Part shown: one piece after another, positions 55,371 through 63,793 of the stretch
Position numbering within the stretch: the stretch's first letter is position 1
How the letters are laid out: each line of letters begins with the position of its first letter
DNA from: a virus
Taxonomy: Duplodnaviria > Caudoviricetes
Strand: one strand, 5' to 3'
DNA length: 64,000 nucleotides
Virus record (IMG/VR): IMGVR_UViG_3300043391_000113
Coordinates: 660 to 64,659 of that record
The notes under the pieces: generated by a model
What the model was told of the DNA's origin: nothing
The model's database searches: none
What the model saw: the letters and a program-made list of their open reading frames with translations, nothing else
Translations under genes and position numbers: made by a program

Positions 55371-56882
55371 TTAGTAGTATTCGCGTTTGCGCCGGAAGGA
55401 AGGTAACTCGTCTGGCTCATCTGTTTGGAGCCGAAGGAACCCACCACGCCGGTATCGTAGAAGTGCTTGAGTCATGGAGTCCACCATGTCATCGTGTTCA
55501 CCGGAAGGGAAGCTGGCGACTTCTTCAACCAACTCCTCGGCCCAGTGAGTATTAGGCACCCACACGCGCCCGGATGCAAATATATCTGCAACGGCGTTCA
55601 AACGAGCAATCTTGTCGTTACCTTTGCTGGGGGTGAACTCTTGCACGGGGATGCCCATCGCTCGTAGCTCAAATATTAGAGGCGACCCCGCTGCCTTGGC
55701 CTCGACGATCAAACTGTCTGGTTCCCACTCTTTGAACTCTTCCTGCGCCCGTTTCTTGAGTTCGGGGAACTCCATACGCTTTTTGAACGCATTGAGCAGG
55801 ATGATATTGGCCTGACTGATGCCCGTATCATCATCTTGATAGAAGATTCCCCATGTTGTACAGGCCGAATAGTCAGCCCGTTCCGTCTTGAGGAAGGCGG
55901 TATCCCACGACTGGATCTTGAATTCGCAGTACGGAGGGTCGTCGTGCTCCCAAACCTGCCACCACTCCCTCTTAATAATAGCGGAAACGTCAGAAGTGGG
56001 GCTTTGCTGGTACTGCGCCTGCCATTTTGAGTTCGGAAGCTCCAGTTTTAGGGCTTCCAACTCCTTCAACGACCAAAATTCGGGCCAAAGTGGCCTTCCA
56101 GACGGCAAAAGTGCAGGAAATTCAATCACTTCCCAGTCTTCACCCGATCTTTGGGCCGCAGCCTTCAAAACTTGCCCAGTTAGGTCCTTTTTGGACCACC
56201 GAGTCATGATTATGGCAATGGCCCCGCCCGGTTGCAGACGCTGCCGAGGCCCAGATGTGTACCACTCGTACGTTTTATCGTAGATTTCGGGGTTCACTTC
56301 GGCCAAAGTGGCCTCTTGCTCTGAGTGCGGGTCGTCAATAATGAGCAGGTCCGCACCTTTACCAGTCACCGCGCCCCCCACACCGATAGCAAAGTACTCG
56401 CCGGAGTAGTTTGTCGCCCACCGCCCCGCAGCTTTTGAGTCAGCTTGCAGTGCAACATTGGGAAACAGGTCCTTGTATGCGTCCGAATCGACCAAGTTAC
56501 GCACTTTGCGCCCGAAACCCACAGCCAACTCACCCGTATGGGACGCTTGGATGACCTTTTTGCCCGGATACAGCCCAAGGAACCACGCAGGGAGCAGATA
56601 AGACGCGAACTCAGACTTGGTATGCCGGGGCGGCATGTTCACGATCAACCGTTTGACCTTACCCTCGGCTATGCGCTCAAAGGCAGCAGCCATCTTCTCA
56701 TGGTGCCGCCCGTGTATGAATGAGGGCCACACGTACTTCACGAAGGCCATGAAGTCTGTCTTTGCAAGCTGTTGAGTGGTGTTGCGCCGCGCTTCTGCAA
56801 TCAACGCCCCAACCTTCTGCTGGACAGCAGGGGGCAGGGTAGACAGCCGTTTTTGGGCTTCAGCTAGGAGTTGCGGGTCCAA
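55371..56882 (-). CDS. terL: terminase large subunit
   Basis: NMPPRHTKSE, LLIIDDP, QSWDTA, HDDMVDS. Confidence 0.95.
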   Translation of the reverse strand: MDPQLLAEAQKRLSTLPPAVQQKVGALIAEARRNTTQQLAKTDFMAFVKYVWPSFIHGRHHEKMAAAFERIAEGKVKRLIVNMPPRHTKSEFASYLLPAWFLGLYPGKKVIQASHTGELAVGFGRKVRNLVDSDAYKDLFPNVALQADSKAAGRWATNYSGEYFAIGVGGAVTGKGADLLIIDDPHSEQEATLAEVNPEIYDKTYEWYTSGPRQRLQPGGAIAIIMTRWSKKDLTGQVLKAAAQRSGEDWEVIEFPALLPSGRPLWPEFWSLKELEALKLELPNSKWQAQYQQSPTSDVSAIIKREWWQVWEHDDPPYCEFKIQSWDTAFLKTERADYSACTTWGIFYQDDDTGISQANIILLNAFKKRMEFPELKKRAQEEFKEWEPDSLIVEAKAAGSPLIFELRAMGIPVQEFTPSKGNDKIARLNAVADIFASGRVWVPNTHWAEELVEEVASFPSGEHDDMVDSMTQALLRYRRGGFLRLQTDEPDELPSFRRKREYY

Positions 56883-57480
56883 ACTCTTCGTCCAAATCTA
56901 TCTCGCCAATGCTCTTGGGCAGGGGAGTAACTTCCGCATCCTCTACGGCATTGCCGTATAGCTCCAAGGTCTTGCGCAGTTCCGACTCGATGTCGGTAAT
57001 GGTGCGGTTCGTCACAGTCACGTCGATGCGCTCTGAGAAGAGGCCCACGCTTGAGATCTTGCCCAGATTCTCCAGTGCCCGCATGCGCTGCTTGGGGTCC
57101 GGGTCCACGGACTCCACTATTAGTTTATTAGTGATGTAGTTGCGCAATCGACGCGCAACGTCCAAAACCTCCTGATCCCACTCATTCAGGATGGCTTCTA
57201 AATTAGCAATGGTGCCAGAAGTTAGTTCTCTTGCAGGGGGAAACTTGCCCGATGCTGCTATCTGATGTGAATGCGCTTTGTCCGAGTCCGTAATCTCGGC
57301 AGACGCACCTCTGTTTACCAATTCTTTGACAGATTCAAAGTAGGCATGCGCCTTTTCCCGAAAGCCTTCGATCTCTTCCGGGGTTGTATCAAAAGGGAAT
57401 GGAATCCCGACTTCGGGCGTAATTACGAGTGGCATGGGCTGTTTGTGGCTCCAGTTGTACGGAGTATAGGGCCTTTTCAA
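56860..57480 (-). CDS. probable terminase small subunit
   Basis: Directly upstream of and overlapping terL; RMRALENLGKISSVGLF. Confidence 0.55.
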   Translation of the reverse strand: MKRPYTPYNWSHKQPMPLVITPEVGIPFPFDTTPEEIEGFREKAHAYFESVKELVNRGASAEITDSDKAHSHQIAASGKFPPARELTSGTIANLEAILNEWDQEVLDVARRLRNYITNKLIVESVDPDPKQRMRALENLGKISSVGLFSERIDVTVTNRTITDIESELRKTLELYGNAVEDAEVTPLPKSIGEIDLDEEFGPATPS

Positions 57481-57494
57481 ATTTTTGCAAATAT

Positions 57495-57654
57495 GGGGGT
57501 GGGGGGTTGCGTTTTGGAAACATAAGGGGGGTGTTTCTATAAATACGAGTAGTTATAGTGGCTAAGAGGGGATTTGGGAAGTGGGGTATCCCGTGTGCAG
57601 ATTAGTGTGTAGGCGAGGCTGGCGGAGTCCCATCTGGCATTTGGGGGGTGGGGG
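57495..57654 (+). other. G-tract-rich intergenic segment
   Basis: Eight runs of 3-6 G; GGGGGTGGGGGG at 57495 mirrored by GGGGGGTGGGGG at 57643. Confidence 0.7.
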
Positions 57655-57681
57655 TCCTGTCCCTATGGGATATCAAATAGT

Positions 57682-57709
57682 TTGACTTTTCCTACCATTC
57701 AGGTAATAT
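57682..57709 (+). promoter_or_regulatory. sigma70-type promoter
   Basis: TTGACT-16 bp-TAATAT. Confidence 0.5.
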
Positions 57710-57736
57710 ACACACATCGACCAGCAATTCCGCTGA

Positions 57737-57755
57737 TTGATAACAGTGTTACTAA
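57737..57755. promoter_or_regulatory. 19-bp palindromic early-region box
   Basis: TTGATAACAGTGTTACTAA. Confidence 0.8.
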
Positions 57756-57769
57756 ATGGAGCAAACACT

Positions 57770-58480
57770 ATGAAAGCAACCAAAGCAACCAACGCCTCGA
57801 CCATCACCACCGAAAACCAATTGGTGGTAGCCATTGCGGACGCAATGAGCGTAGAAGGTCAGGCAACCAAGAAGTGGCGCAATATCGTTGCACCCGGAAT
57901 GATCAAGGTCTATAAGACCTTCGAAGGTGCAACGCAAGCACGCGACCGTCTCATTGAGCGTGCGATCACGCCTAACCTTGGCGAACCGTACAAACTGGCA
58001 TTGGCAACGACCCTTCCAGATACTCGTTCCAAGACTGGCAAGACAATTGCGGATCAAAATGCGAAGGCATGGAAGGCTGACCAATTGCCTACTTGGTTGG
58101 CTGATTTCGTGGAGACAATGCCAGTGTCAACGCCGAAAGAAAAGGCGGATCGTACGAAGGCAATGCGCAACAAGAAAACGTACAAAGGCTACGTTGAATT
58201 GATCCAAGCGTTGAAGGCGTCCGCACGGTCGCAAGGTAAGATCCAATTCTCTCGCATTTGCGAGTATGCATGGCCGAAACCCAAGACTGCTAAGCCCAAG
58301 ACTGCTAAGCCCAAGGCAGAGGCAGAGGCCAAACCCGAGGATAGCAAACTGAATCCGCGTCAGACACTGGTGCAGTTATTGAACAATGCGAAAGCGTACG
58401 CGCAGAAGCATGAGGACCTGCCCTCGCAGGTCGCAACGATTGCCGCGATCTCGAAAGCAATCGAGCTACTTGGTAGCTAA
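57770..58480 (+). CDS. hypothetical early protein
   Basis: Lys/Ala-rich ORF, GGAG RBS, PKTAK duplication. Confidence 0.75.
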   Translation: MKATKATNASTITTENQLVVAIADAMSVEGQATKKWRNIVAPGMIKVYKTFEGATQARDRLIERAITPNLGEPYKLALATTLPDTRSKTGKTIADQNAKAWKADQLPTWLADFVETMPVSTPKEKADRTKAMRNKKTYKGYVELIQALKASARSQGKIQFSRICEYAWPKPKTAKPKTAKPKAEAEAKPEDSKLNPRQTLVQLLNNAKAYAQKHEDLPSQVATIAAISKAIELLGS

Positions 58481-58499
58481 TTAGTAACAGTGTTACTAA
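58481..58499. promoter_or_regulatory. 19-bp palindromic early-region box
   Basis: TTAGTAACAGTGTTACTAA, perfect 9-1-9, abuts stop codon. Confidence 0.8.
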
Positions 58500-58500
58500 A

Positions 58501-58534
58501 CCCCACAGGACTCTGGTTCTGTGGGGTTTTTTTT
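58501..58534 (+). terminator. intrinsic terminator
   Basis: CCCCACAG...CTGTGGGG then T8. Confidence 0.85.
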
Positions 58535-58597
58535 CGCCCAGAGTTTTTATGATAGTTCTATGATAGTTCTCTGGGGATGATGCGGATGATGCTGTGG

Positions 58598-59073
58598 GAC
58601 CGCAGTACACGAAGTGTACTGCGCTTTTGCGCAAGCCGTCAAGCAGGGGTCTGTTCCATTGTTCCAGCCTGTTCCAGAGAATGGAACAGAGCTAAACCCA
58701 GCATCCATGCGGGTTGCAGGGGTGTTTTTCTCTCTTTGTTCCATTGTTCCATTAAAAAATTATACATACGGTGGGGAAAAATTTATCTCAACACAGAAAA
58801 AACGTGTTGTCACGTGATGAGAAAAGAGCGGATCTCGGCAAGTTGTATTTTTTCTGGAACAATGGAACACGAAACTTGACACGCAGTACGTATGTATATG
58901 ATTCCATTGCTCTTTTTCTTTGTTCCACGACGGAACAAATGGCCCTTTTTTGGAACAAACCCCCGTTTTTCGGAACAAACTACCATTCCGGGGCATTTGA
59001 TAACACTGTTATCACTACCGCTAGTGCTCTTTTCGCCTTCCCGACCGCAGTACACCTAGTGTACTGCGCTTTT
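58598..59073. repeat. twin hairpin direct repeats enclosing 12 GGAACA/TGTTCC repeats
   Basis: GACCGCAGTACAC-NNN-GTGTACTGCGCTTTT at 58598 and 59043; hexamers between 58652 and 58977. Confidence 0.8.
58997..59015. promoter_or_regulatory. 19-bp palindromic early-region box
   Basis: TTGATAACACTGTTATCAC. Confidence 0.8.
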
Positions 59074-59124
59074 CTGCGCCTCGTCAACAACTACTTGCTT
59101 CGCTTCGCTACAACAGTTAGGGAC

Positions 59125-59153
59125 TTGACAAACGTCTTGACTTGTGGTATAAT
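59125..59153 (+). promoter_or_regulatory. consensus sigma70 promoter
   Basis: TTGACA-17 bp-TATAAT with TG extension. Confidence 0.9.
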
Positions 59154-59222
59154 AGAGTCTTCAGTAGGAGTTCGCCTACTGAACGGGAGGCTACGCGAAG
59201 CGTGCCCCCGAGGCAGGGGTGT

Positions 59223-59241
59223 TTGATAACACTGTTAACTT
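59223..59241. promoter_or_regulatory. 19-bp palindromic early-region box
   Basis: TTGATAACACTGTTAACTT. Confidence 0.75.
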
Positions 59242-59257
59242 TTACGAGGATAGAGAT

Positions 59258-59350
59258 ATGAAATCTGACGACTGGGACGCAATCATTGGGTACATCAGCG
59301 TGATTGGCATTTGCGTGATCTGCATCATGTTGATCGTGGGGTGTCTATGA
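59258..59350 (+). CDS. 30-aa single-TM peptide
   Basis: MKSDDWDAIIGYISVIGICVICIMLIVGCL*; GAGGA RBS; ATGA overlap. Confidence 0.55.
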   Translation: MKSDDWDAIIGYISVIGICVICIMLIVGCL

Positions 59351-59550
59351 AGTATTGCAACAAGTGTGGAGATGATGTTCCTGCTAAGCGTCATCGACTC
59401 GGGTACAGGACATGCCACGCATGTGGTGAGTCAGATGCCCGTGCTCGCAAACGCACAGTAGCCCCGCTGAGCAAATCAAATTACTACTACTTCACCGAAG
59501 ACTCGGTGCGTGATGGTGATCTTGCTCGGCTCAACCCGAAACGTGTTTGA
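59347..59550 (+). CDS. C4 zinc-finger protein
   Basis: CNKCGDDVPAKRHRLGYRTCHAC. Confidence 0.7.
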   Translation: MKYCNKCGDDVPAKRHRLGYRTCHACGESDARARKRTVAPLSKSNYYYFTEDSVRDGDLARLNPKRV

Positions 59551-59565
59551 TAACAGTGTTAATAA
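59547..59565. promoter_or_regulatory. 19-bp palindromic early-region box
   Basis: TTGATAACAGTGTTAATAA; supplies the TGA stop of the upstream gene. Confidence 0.8.
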
Positions 59566-59599
59566 ACCCGTAGATAAGAGCGCGTTAGCGCGAGGAGAG

Positions 59600-59812
59600 A
59601 TGAAGATGGTGAAAGGGAAAAGAGACTACGAAATGGTTCGTGCCCTGCGCGACAGGCGTGATGAGTTGGAGGAACGGTTAGCACTGCTACAGGCTAGGGA
59701 TGATCTGATATCCAAAGCCTTTCTGTCGTACAGAGAATCAGTATTGGCCGCGACGGCTGAACTAGCCAACATATTCAAACCAATCAAACCGGAGAGCGAA
59801 GATGACAAATGA
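59600..59812 (+). CDS. hypothetical coiled-coil protein
   Basis: GAGGAG RBS. Confidence 0.65.
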   Translation: MKMVKGKRDYEMVRALRDRRDELEERLALLQARDDLISKAFLSYRESVLAATAELANIFKPIKPESEDDK

Positions 59813-59993
59813 CCTATCAATAACTGTCCGTGTGCGTAACGTGTACGGCAACAAAACAATCTATCCCGTATGCGATAAGGCGAAGATCTTCGCCCAACTC
59901 GCAGGACATTCAACCCTCACGTCGATGACGCTCGACTGCATACGCAGACTGGGCTACTTGGTCGAGGTTGAGCAACAACTGGTGGAGGTGTGA
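59802..59993 (+). CDS. hypothetical protein
   Basis: VRNVYGNKTIYPVCDKAKIFAQLAG. Confidence 0.7.
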   Translation: MTNDLSITVRVRNVYGNKTIYPVCDKAKIFAQLAGHSTLTSMTLDCIRRLGYLVEVEQQLVEV

Positions 59994-59994
59994 C

Positions 59995-60162
59995 ATGGAT
60001 GAGAGGGTGATGAATAAAGATGATGAAGAGTACATCAGAACAATGCTTGAGAAAGCGGCGGTCAATGCCGAGCGTGGTAGGGCTAAAAGCGCCTCAGCAG
60101 ACTTGCGGCGTGCAATTAAATTCATAGACAAACTGATACAGGAGAAACGAGATGCTGATTAA
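59995..60162 (+). CDS. hypothetical protein
   Basis: GGAGG RBS, helical. Confidence 0.6.
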   Translation: MDERVMNKDDEEYIRTMLEKAAVNAERGRAKSASADLRRAIKFIDKLIQEKRDAD

Positions 60163-60361
60163 AACAGAGAAGGGGATCGAGGTGCGCAAGGATTGGGGGC
60201 CAACCCTAATCGGGATTGCGTACAAGCGTCCCGGTCCAACGAGTTGCAGGATCATTAGTTGGGACATGGAGCGACTTCAATCATCGCTCCTGCGCAAGTT
60301 CAAACCCAACTTCAGGGATCGCATACTCACCGTGCTGCGCATCCAGCGCATGTACTTTTGA
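60152..60361 (+). CDS. hypothetical protein
   Basis: AGGAG RBS. Confidence 0.6.
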   Translation: MLIKTEKGIEVRKDWGPTLIGIAYKRPGPTSCRIISWDMERLQSSLLRKFKPNFRDRILTVLRIQRMYF

Positions 60362-60362
60362 T

Positions 60363-60381
60363 TTGATAACAGTGTTAACAA
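60363..60381. promoter_or_regulatory. 19-bp palindromic early-region box
   Basis: TTGATAACAGTGTTAACAA. Confidence 0.8.
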
Positions 60382-60423
60382 ATGAATTCAGCAAAGTTTT
60401 ACGGAACACATAAGGAGTTCAGA

Positions 60424-61347
60424 ATGAACGGTTTCTTTACGTATGCTGGCATGCGTGCCAAGCATGAATCGACCAAGCCCATCCGGGGCGATGGTGCAAA
60501 CGCGGGTTTGATCCCGCTGGGCAAACGCAACAAGACCCAAGAGCAGTTGATACGCAAAGTAATTGGTGACCAAGTGGTGTATGCGTGTCGCTTGTACGAC
60601 ACCGACTGCATCGAGTATTGGCCAGACGGGTCCGTGCTCATCAGGGACGGTGGGCACAACACCCAAACCACTGGCAAGTTTATTCATGAGTGGTCGCCAT
60701 TCGCATGCTGGAGACAGTACAGCCAGTTGTGGGTGCGCTTCACCAAGCTCAACAGGGACGTAGTTAATTACCCAGTGAGTGCGGTGGGGGATAGGTACGA
60801 GCCGTACATCACCGTGGATATGAACGGCTCACGTCAGTGGAAACGTGTGGGCAAGCAGACTGTGACCAAGCAGATCGTGGACCGTACAGCAATGGCAAAC
60901 GCACGTGCGCCTATGAAACCGTTCCTCGACTACGCCAAGGCTACGCTCAACATGAGTGATGGCTGGATCATGCACGGCACACGCAAGGAGGTGTTTGTAG
61001 AACAGGGCACGAGGATCACGGCATTACATAGGAACAGCATAGGATTCAACAAGCAGTTGTACCTTGCGATCAAAGAGGACTCGGACTTCTACGTCCCCGC
61101 CCTGTGCTTGCTCCTGCCCGATCACATGGCTAGGGAGACGAGGCTGTCTGATATAGAAGTAGTAGATGAGCGCATGCCCAAGTTCGGCAACATACCTACG
61201 TTCAAACGAGTCTTCGATACCAAGCACACGTACGTACAACTGCGTGATGCCGTGGACGTGATGATCAAGAAAGCATGCGACGTGATGATGCTAGTGGAAG
61301 AGGAGCCGCGTAACCCTACACGTTCCGTGAAACGTGTTGAGACTTGA
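60424..61347 (+). CDS. hypothetical early protein
   Basis: AAGGAG RBS at 60412; YACRLYDTDCIEY. Confidence 0.75.
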   Translation: MNGFFTYAGMRAKHESTKPIRGDGANAGLIPLGKRNKTQEQLIRKVIGDQVVYACRLYDTDCIEYWPDGSVLIRDGGHNTQTTGKFIHEWSPFACWRQYSQLWVRFTKLNRDVVNYPVSAVGDRYEPYITVDMNGSRQWKRVGKQTVTKQIVDRTAMANARAPMKPFLDYAKATLNMSDGWIMHGTRKEVFVEQGTRITALHRNSIGFNKQLYLAIKEDSDFYVPALCLLLPDHMARETRLSDIEVVDERMPKFGNIPTFKRVFDTKHTYVQLRDAVDVMIKKACDVMMLVEEEPRNPTRSVKRVET

Positions 61348-61372
61348 CAACAGGTCCTAGATGTGTTATAAT
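61344..61372 (+). promoter_or_regulatory. consensus sigma70 promoter
   Basis: TTGACA-17 bp-TATAAT with TG extension; overlaps upstream stop. Confidence 0.9.
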
Positions 61373-61409
61373 ATGTCTTATGGTGAGAGATCGCCATGTG
61401 TTTGTGTGT

Positions 61410-61428
61410 TTGATAACAGTGTTACTAT
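61410..61428. promoter_or_regulatory. 19-bp palindromic early-region box
   Basis: TTGATAACAGTGTTACTAT between promoter and RBS. Confidence 0.8.
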
Positions 61429-61447
61429 TTAACTAAGGAAGAGTGCC

Positions 61448-62572
61448 ATGTCTGTAATTAATTTTGGTTCGAGCATTTCCCTCAACGAGTTTGCACAAGC
61501 CGTTCACACGGTGGGCCGCGACGTGACCATCATTGGTCAAGGTGAGCCGGGGATCGGCAAGTCTGCAATGGGTTCGTTGCTTGCCAGTTGGAACCCCGAC
61601 TATGAGTTTGCGTATATCGACTGCACGTTGCTCGACTTGGGTGACTTCGCTCTGCCCTACACCGAGACAATTGATAACAGTGTTAACAATTCGGGGCCGA
61701 TCCGTGTCACGAAGTTTGCACCTAGCGTGCGCTTCAAGTTTCACATGGGCAAGCCCGTCATCATCATGCTCGATGAGATAGGCAAAGCATTGAAGGCGGT
61801 GAAGAACGTGCTGTTGACTCTCATGCTGGAGCATCGCATCGGTGACCACTACCTGCCCAAGGGTTCCATTGTGTTCGGCACGACCAACCTGATGAGCGAC
61901 GGTGTGGGCGATTTGCTTGAAGGCCATGCACGTAACCGTGTGTGTATGGCGAAGATCCGCAAGCCCGAGGTGGGGATTGACTCGACTGGTGCGGTGTTGC
62001 CCAATGGCTGGGCGGCGTGGGCTATTGCCAATGACGTGGCTCCCGAGATCATCGCTTGTGTGAAGCAGTACCCACACATGCTTGCGAGCTACACAGATCC
62101 ATCGCAGAAGGACAACGGGTATATCTGGAACCCTACTCGACCGGGCGACGGTGCAGTGGTGACCCCACGCTCGCTCTACAAGGCGAGTCACATTGCCAAG
62201 CAGAGATCCACGCTGGGCGAGGAGCTAACCATCGCGCTACTGGCAGGGACTATTGGCGAGGCGGCGGCGAGAGATATGCAAGCGTTCTTCACGGTGGTGG
62301 ACAAGCTCCCGACATGGGAGGCGATTGTCGCCAACCCGCTGGGTGCGAAGCTACCCGACGACACCATCGCCAAGTGCATCCTGTGCTTCAGTGCGGTGAC
62401 ACGTGTAGAGAAAGACACACTGTCCAAGTGGTTGCAGTACATGCAGCGCATGGACAAAGAGTGGCAAGCCATGTTCGCTACGAGCGTGATGAAGTCACCA
62501 ACCAAGCAACCGTTCTGTGTCACCAACCGTGACTTCAAGGACTATGCAATCGCCAATCAATGGCTGTTTTGA
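61448..62572 (+). CDS. MoxR-like AAA+ ATPase
   Basis: GEPGIGKS, IIMLDEI, GTTN, TPRS. Confidence 0.85.
   Translation: MSVINFGSSISLNEFAQAVHTVGRDVTIIGQGEPGIGKSAMGSLLASWNPDYEFAYIDCTLLDLGDFALPYTETIDNSVNNSGPIRVTKFAPSVRFKFHMGKPVIIMLDEIGKALKAVKNVLLTLMLEHRIGDHYLPKGSIVFGTTNLMSDGVGDLLEGHARNRVCMAKIRKPEVGIDSTGAVLPNGWAAWAIANDVAPEIIACVKQYPHMLASYTDPSQKDNGYIWNPTRPGDGAVVTPRSLYKASHIAKQRSTLGEELTIALLAGTIGEAAARDMQAFFTVVDKLPTWEAIVANPLGAKLPDDTIAKCILCFSAVTRVEKDTLSKWLQYMQRMDKEWQAMFATSVMKSPTKQPFCVTNRDFKDYAIANQWLF
61671..61689. promoter_or_regulatory. palindromic box inside AAA+ gene
   Basis: TTGATAACAGTGTTAACAA. Confidence 0.75.
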
Positions 62573-62587
62573 TAACACTGTTACTAA
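62569..62587. promoter_or_regulatory. 19-bp palindromic early-region box
   Basis: TTGATAACACTGTTACTAA; supplies the ATPase TGA stop. Confidence 0.8.
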
Positions 62588-62602
62588 ATAGAGGGAAGAG
62601 TA

Positions 62603-63766
62603 ATGAAACTAAGTGCTGAACAACGAGTGCAGAAAGCCCACGTGTGGCTCATGCGTAACCCCAAGTATTGCCTGTATTCGGGCGTCATCATGATCGGTAA
62701 GACAGAGGTCAGCGATAACGTACGTACAGCATACACCAACGGACGTGACGTTAAGTATGGCCGTGCATTCGTGGACAAGATCTCCGATCAAGACATCCGT
62801 GGCTTGATTCTCCATGAGAATCTTCACAAAGCGTTCCGACATATCACTACGTGGCGCAAGTTGTACGACGAGGACGGGCGCACCGCCAACATGGCGTGTG
62901 ACTACGTGATCAACCTGATGATTCACGACAGTGATCCCAAGGGTGCAGAGGTCACGTTACCTGAGGGTGGGTTGCTCGACGAGCGGTTCCGTGGCATGGA
63001 CGCGGGTTCCGTGTATCGCATCTTGCGTCAAGAGAAAGACGACAACGATGAAGGTGAGGACGGGGGCGAAGGTGGGGAAGGCTTCGACGAGCACGACTGG
63101 GAAGGTGGGCAGGAGATGTCTGCCGAGGAGAAGGAGAAGCTCGCCAAGGAGGTTGACCAAGCCCTGCGACAGGGCAAGCTGTTGGCAGGTAAGTTATCCG
63201 GTAACGTGCCGCGTGAGGTGCAGGACGCACTAGCGTCCAAGGTGGACTGGCGTGAGGTATTGCGCGAGTTCATCACATCCTTCTGCGTGGACAAGGACGA
63301 GAGTACGTGGCGCAGACCATCCCGTAGGTGGATCGACCAAGACATATACATGCCATCACTTATAGGTGAATCGTGTGGGCGCATCGTGGTGGCTATTGAT
63401 ATGTCTGGGTCCATCGGCACGGAAGAGGTGGGTCAGTTCTTGGGTGAGGTGCGTGCTATCTGTGAGCACGTCAAGCCCGAGGGTATTGACCTGCTGTACT
63501 GGGACACGGCTATCTGTCAGCACGAGAAGTACGAGCAGGATCAGTTGGATAGCTTGTTGCAAACAACTCAGCCACGCGGTGGTGGGGGTACGCATCCTCA
63601 GTGCATCGTGGAGTACATCAAGGACAAGCGCATCAAGGCTGAGTGTTGCGTCATCCTCACGGATGGATACGTTGGAGGTTGGGGCGATGGATGGCCGTGC
63701 CCAACCCTGTGGGCTATCACCACAGATCAAGTTAGTGCCATCGGTAAGACTGTTCATATTCAATAA
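62603..63766 (+). CDS. metallopeptidase-like plus VWA domain protein (DUF2201-type)
   Basis: AYTNG, HENLH (HExxH), NMACDYVIN, acidic linker, AIDMSGS MIDAS, GGGT, ILTDG. Confidence 0.85.
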   Translation: MKLSAEQRVQKAHVWLMRNPKYCLYSGVIMIGKTEVSDNVRTAYTNGRDVKYGRAFVDKISDQDIRGLILHENLHKAFRHITTWRKLYDEDGRTANMACDYVINLMIHDSDPKGAEVTLPEGGLLDERFRGMDAGSVYRILRQEKDDNDEGEDGGEGGEGFDEHDWEGGQEMSAEEKEKLAKEVDQALRQGKLLAGKLSGNVPREVQDALASKVDWREVLREFITSFCVDKDESTWRRPSRRWIDQDIYMPSLIGESCGRIVVAIDMSGSIGTEEVGQFLGEVRAICEHVKPEGIDLLYWDTAICQHEKYEQDQLDSLLQTTQPRGGGGTHPQCIVEYIKDKRIKAECCVILTDGYVGGWGDGWPCPTLWAITTDQVSAIGKTVHIQ

Positions 63767-63778
63767 CACTGTTATCAA
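63760..63778. promoter_or_regulatory. 19-bp palindromic early-region box
   Basis: TCAATAACACTGTTATCAA; supplies the TAA stop. Confidence 0.8.
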
Positions 63779-63793
63779 TTAGAGGTGAGTATC

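Noticed and set aside
58535-59240. ORFs 58547-59226 on both strands, and a possible CRISPR mini-array
   Set aside because: ORFs lack RBS and coding character; the repeats are short, in mixed orientation and irregularly spaced, with no repeat-spacer periodicity
57737-63778. Box as host Fur or FNR site
   Set aside because: Fur is 7-1-7 TGATAATnATTATCA and FNR is TTGAT-N4-ATCAA; this motif is 9-1-9 with invariant TAACA-S-TGTTA
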